Below the pieces are notes generated by a model. It saw only the letters and a program-made list of their open reading frames with translations, was not told the origin of the DNA and searched no databases. Below, piece after piece: positions 15,830-19,617 of a stretch of DNA of 19,617 bases (position 1 is the first letter of the stretch; every line of letters begins with the position of its first letter). The DNA comes from Candidatus Micrarchaeaceae archaeon (GTDB lineage: Archaea; Micrarchaeota; Micrarchaeia; Micrarchaeales; Micrarchaeaceae): NCBI GenBank assembly GCA_050013715.1, contig JBEKES010000025.1, positions 1 to 19,617 on the forward strand, read 5' to 3'. Position numbers and translations under genes: made by a program.

Positions 15830-18800
15830 ATGCAGCATAAAAAGAGCGTAACTATCTTGGCTGTACTGCTGCTAATTTTTGTAGCTCTATACTCTGTATT
15901 TCTTTTGTGCATTGGCTCAAATCTTAAATTAGGTTCACTCTGCATAATACCAAAGCGCATCGCGTTGGAGGCCCCAGCAAACTCCAGCAACTATACAAAT
16001 ACTACCACACCCTGCACGACCACAATAGTTCAGAATGACGCCGCCGCAAATGCTACGGTAAATTCTACTTTTACACCAAACACAACTACACTGTTTCTAA
16101 ACCAATCGAATGCCACAACGAGCAGCACAACCTCAACACTAAATACAACAACCCTGAACACGACCACAAGCACTAACTCTACAACGATAAATCAATCCGA
16201 GCATACGCAATTCAATGCAACATTAAAAAATTTCATATTCTCTCAGCTTTCTAATTACAATTCAACATTTATAACAAACTACACAAACCAGACGCAGCTC
16301 AATTCTACCATGGCGATAAATTCAAGCAACGCTGCTCATCTTAGCGGCGCGATAACCAACGAAACAAATTTGCTTAACCTATCTAATTATCAGATAATGG
16401 AAAAAACAATTAACGTTTCCTATGGGTACCTGAAACAGAATGGCAGAAGAGCAAGAGCAAGAAACCAGTTGACCTATGTAAGCATTATCAATGGAACAAT
16501 CCTAAACAACGTTACTGTTGCAAATCCTGAGATTGTGTTCTATAATTTTAAGATTCAGAAGAGGGCGCCTAATCTGCACATAAAGCTTAAAATTAACCAC
16601 AAAGAATATGAATTCAGTAACGCCGGAGTGAACTACATACACATAAATACATTTCAAATAATCAATGGGGCTGTATCCTATGGTAATTACACTGTGAATC
16701 CCTCATTCTCAGCTAGCAACCTGAATGATCTAAATTATACCTATGTAATAAAGCAAGGGCAAAGCATTCTGTACAACGGCACGGTTACATCCAATTCTTA
16801 CAATGGCACCTTCCCTAACATAACAACAAAATCACTTCAACCCATAAACATAACATTCGATACTAAAGGAAATTCCAATTATTCTGCGCTTGATCCTACA
16901 ACTCTGATACTTCCCACAAACGTTATGAATTTTATCCAGATCACTTTTGCAAATCAGCAGAGCACCGCAATCGCGGCTAACACCCCTCTCCCCATAGGGA
17001 GCTACGGTTATTATGGAAACATAATAGGATTCAACGCCTTGAAATACTCACAATACTACACATGCAATTTAAACAATGCAGAGTTCTTCTTTGCGAATGG
17101 CTTGGTAATAAACTCATGGCTTGAGGGCAACATGTTAAATGAAATGGCTGCAAACTCTGCCTGCACTTCAAGTGCTTCGCCCAATGCTCTGGTTGACAGC
17201 GCAAACATACTCTACTGGGTAAATTATCCCTGGCCCTCCTCTTTTCTAGCTGCAAATACCGGATCTGCAATAACAAATACAATATTCCTGGGATGGACTG
17301 GTAATGTCCTAAGCAACGCGAATAATTTGCTGAACAACTTCGATAATGGGGAAGCACCTCAATTGTCGTGCCCGAATGGTGGCAACACAATAACCTGCTA
17401 CTATAGCGAATACGATGATGGGGCAAACGTCTTCAATACTCTTTACCAGAGCTTTGTAGGAACAACAACACCAACTGGCTGGTTGGCCACTTCAGTTACT
17501 CAGGACAACGGCATAACTACACCAACGTCAGGGCCTGCAAACATTGTTACCACTGCAACATATCCTCTATCTGACGGAGCCAATGTTGTGGACGTGTTTG
17601 CAAACACAATAGTCCCATCAGGAAGTGATAACTATGTATATGTGGGTTATACGGACGGAACCGGCCAAACAAATGTGGCTGCCTGGATTATCGATGGTTC
17701 TGGTTCTACAATACAGAGCGTTGTTCGTTCAGGAGGCACCACCTATAATGGCAATACTTTTTGCAGCGGCGGAGCTACTCCTGGCATTTGCTTCCCAGGA
17801 GTTTATTCAACGCTTTATTCCTCCAGTTCTTTAACTACGTTGCCCATAACCTACAACAACATTGACGGCATAACTCACGTGCCTGCTGTCGCATTGCCCA
17901 TAGGATACGAAGGCCGAAGTGGAACAATACATTCTGCGCACATAGGTTGGATACGCATAAGAAAAAAGCCGCCTAATCTGACATATCCTAATACCACTTA
18001 TGGGAATATCGTGCCTCTTAATACAATTCTTTACTATACAACTGCAAACACAAACTGCGTTGCATTGAATGGACAAGTATTATCTAGCAACTGGGTGTGT
18101 GGAACTCTAATAGTGAATACGGGCAACACGCTCACAACCAACGGCTACAGCATATTCGTTAACAATTCAATAATCAATCACGGCATTATAACTGCCGGAA
18201 ATCCGAACAATGGCGGAGCCGGTGCAGTTGTAGATTATCAAAACGGAGGCACAGGGGGCTCTTTTATCAATTCCTTTGCTGGTTCTGGTGGCGGAGGCGG
18301 CGGTGGATGCACATATAATGGAGGTAGGGGCGGCAGCACATTAGTGGCAGGAGGTGCAGGAGGGAACAGCGACATAGGTAATGGCGCAGCCGGTTCTGCA
18401 CCAGGGGCGCCAACCATAACCAATACTTTGATACTGAATTGGTACGAGAATGGAATGTCTGGCTATCTTAGTGCAGCCGGAGGAGGGGGAGGAGGTGCAG
18501 ACAGTGGCTGCTACGTATCTCAATCTGGAGACAACGGAGGTAGCGGCTCATACGGCGTATATTTACAAGCTACGAATGTAATGAACTATGGTTCAATAAT
18601 TGCCAATGGTATTGCAGGAGGTGCAACTGCTGGGGGTCCAGGCGGTGGAGGCGGCGGTGGAGGTGTCATAGTGGTTTCTTATCAAACCACAAATACTCCT
18701 ACTGGAAACTATCTTGAAGCTGCAGGCGCTGGGGGCAGTGATGAAGATCTTGGAGGTAACGGAGGTTCTGGCCAAATTCTGTACTATCAATATACAATAC

Positions 18801-19617
18801 CTCCAATACTTGTGTGTCCAAGTACTGGTTGCACTGCTGCTAGCTATACTGCCCCAACAACACCAACACTAATACTCTCCAATGCGCTTATAGACCAGGG
18901 ACAATCCATTCTTTTCACTGCCAATACAATAGCTGGACAGGGAACCTCTCCATACACTTACGCATACAACGTCTATGCCTACAATACTCTTAATTCCGCA
19001 AACGCGCTGATTGCAAACATGCTGTTTACGGGTAATACCTACGCAAGCAACTCCTGGTTCTGGACTCCGAATCCAAATCTCTATATAGGAAACACAATGT
19101 TCTTCGCGAATGTCATGATTACCGATGCCCATCCAACAACGGTCAATTCAGTTGCCAATTACTTCGGATACAACGCCCTACTGATTGCTGCTGTTCCTAC
19201 GGAATCAAACACGCTGATCGATTTAGGGCAGGTGTCGCTGCTAACTGCACAACCATCAGGAGGAACGCAGTCCTATTCCTACAAGTGGTATGCTAACTAT
19301 GGGTCAAGCGTAACATGTTCAGGAACAGGAAACCAGATAAGTGGTGCAACGGCATCCACTTATCTTGCAAGTCCAACAACAACAAACAGTTACGCTTATC
19401 TGGTCACAGATTCTGCATCAACCCAAGTTGGTACATGTTCAGCAGGAAATACTATAACAGTATATCCAGCACTAGGGCAACCAACAATCTCAGTTTCAAA
19501 CACGCTTCTTGACCAGGGACAATACACTGTAATCGCAACCTATGAAACAGGAGGGACTCTTCCCTACACCTACAACTTCCTAATATTCAATTCGGTATCA
19601 AACACGATTGTCGCAAA
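15830..19617 (+). CDS. Large membrane-anchored or secreted surface glycoprotein (at least 1262 aa, 3'-truncated by the window): TM/signal, S/T/N-rich linker, DUF2341-like domain, Gly-rich domain, Ig-like repeats
   Basis: Manual translation from ATG 15830 (MQHKKSVTILAVLLLIFVALYSVFLL...) is in the same frame as the last codons of the window. It is absent from the ORF track because it has no stop. Motifs SWLEG, YW, GEAPQLS, EYDDGANVF, WIRIRKKPPN; many N-x-S/T sequons. Confidence 0.9.
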   Translation, partial: MQHKKSVTILAVLLLIFVALYSVFLLCIGSNLKLGSLCIIPKRIALEAPANSSNYTNTTTPCTTTIVQNDAAANATVNSTFTPNTTTLFLNQSNATTSSTTSTLNTTTLNTTTSTNSTTINQSEHTQFNATLKNFIFSQLSNYNSTFITNYTNQTQLNSTMAINSSNAAHLSGAITNETNLLNLSNYQIMEKTINVSYGYLKQNGRRARARNQLTYVSIINGTILNNVTVANPEIVFYNFKIQKRAPNLHIKLKINHKEYEFSNAGVNYIHINTFQIINGAVSYGNYTVNPSFSASNLNDLNYTYVIKQGQSILYNGTVTSNSYNGTFPNITTKSLQPINITFDTKGNSNYSALDPTTLILPTNVMNFIQITFANQQSTAIAANTPLPIGSYGYYGNIIGFNALKYSQYYTCNLNNAEFFFANGLVINSWLEGNMLNEMAANSACTSSASPNALVDSANILYWVNYPWPSSFLAANTGSAITNTIFLGWTGNVLSNANNLLNNFDNGEAPQLSCPNGGNTITCYYSEYDDGANVFNTLYQSFVGTTTPTGWLATSVTQDNGITTPTSGPANIVTTATYPLSDGANVVDVFANTIVPSGSDNYVYVGYTDGTGQTNVAAWIIDGSGSTIQSVVRSGGTTYNGNTFCSGGATPGICFPGVYSTLYSSSSLTTLPITYNNIDGITHVPAVALPIGYEGRSGTIHSAHIGWIRIRKKPPNLTYPNTTYGNIVPLNTILYYTTANTNCVALNGQVLSSNWVCGTLIVNTGNTLTTNGYSIFVNNSIINHGIITAGNPNNGGAGAVVDYQNGGTGGSFINSFAGSGGGGGGGCTYNGGRGGSTLVAGGAGGNSDIGNGAAGSAPGAPTITNTLILNWYENGMSGYLSAAGGGGGGADSGCYVSQSGDNGGSGSYGVYLQATNVMNYGSIIANGIAGGATAGGPGGGGGGGGVIVVSYQTTNTPTGNYLEAAGAGGSDEDLGGNGGSGQILYYQYTIPPILVCPSTGCTAASYTAPTTPTLILSNALIDQGQSILFTANTIAGQGTSPYTYAYNVYAYNTLNSANALIANMLFTGNTYASNSWFWTPNPNLYIGNTMFFANVMITDAHPTTVNSVANYFGYNALLIAAVPTESNTLIDLGQVSLLTAQPSGGTQSYSYKWYANYGSSVTCSGTGNQISGATASTYLASPTTTNSYAYLVTDSASTQVGTCSAGNTITVYPALGQPTISVSNTLLDQGQYTVIATYETGGTLPYTYNFLIFNSVSNTIVA
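18850..19617 (+). repeat. Tandem roughly 100-aa Ig/PKD-like protein repeats (at least 3)
   Basis: SNALIDQGQ...GTSPYTY (about 18878), SNTLIDLGQ...GGTQSYSYKWY (about 19205), SNTLLDQGQ...GGTLPYTY (about 19496). Confidence 0.75.

Noticed and set aside
15830..19617. Visible part of the surface protein as the DGR target
   Set aside because: No segment matches the TR at non-adenine positions.
1..19617. CRISPR array or IS element
   Set aside because: No regularly spaced direct repeats, cas genes, transposase or terminal inverted repeats were seen.

Overview
Archaeal chromosomal window. A DPANN/Micrarchaeota-like origin is inferred from the archaeal uL1-uL10(P0)-P1 operon, MBF1, Lhr-MPE, a tRNA with a T-loop BHB intron and a large DUF2341-like surface protein. 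The left end carries a diversity-generating retroelement (DGR) core: a DGR-type reverse transcriptase (354-1487) preceded directly and in frame by an AAC-rich template repeat (about 210-326). Upstream of that, where avd usually sits, is a roughly 200-nt multi-junction structured RNA candidate. No variable repeat, target gene or avd is visible in the window. The rest holds housekeeping and repair genes (MBF1, site-2 protease, stand-alone LigD phosphoesterase, HAD hydrolase, Lhr plus metallophosphoesterase, ferredoxin, rpl1/rpl10/rpl12, RNase HII, PRC-barrel), an ABC exporter-DUF1854 fusion that appears to lack two TM helices, a candidate circularly permuted L1-binding leader, tRNA-Arg(UCG) with a 59/60 intron, and a surface protein gene of more than 1260 aa that runs off the right end.
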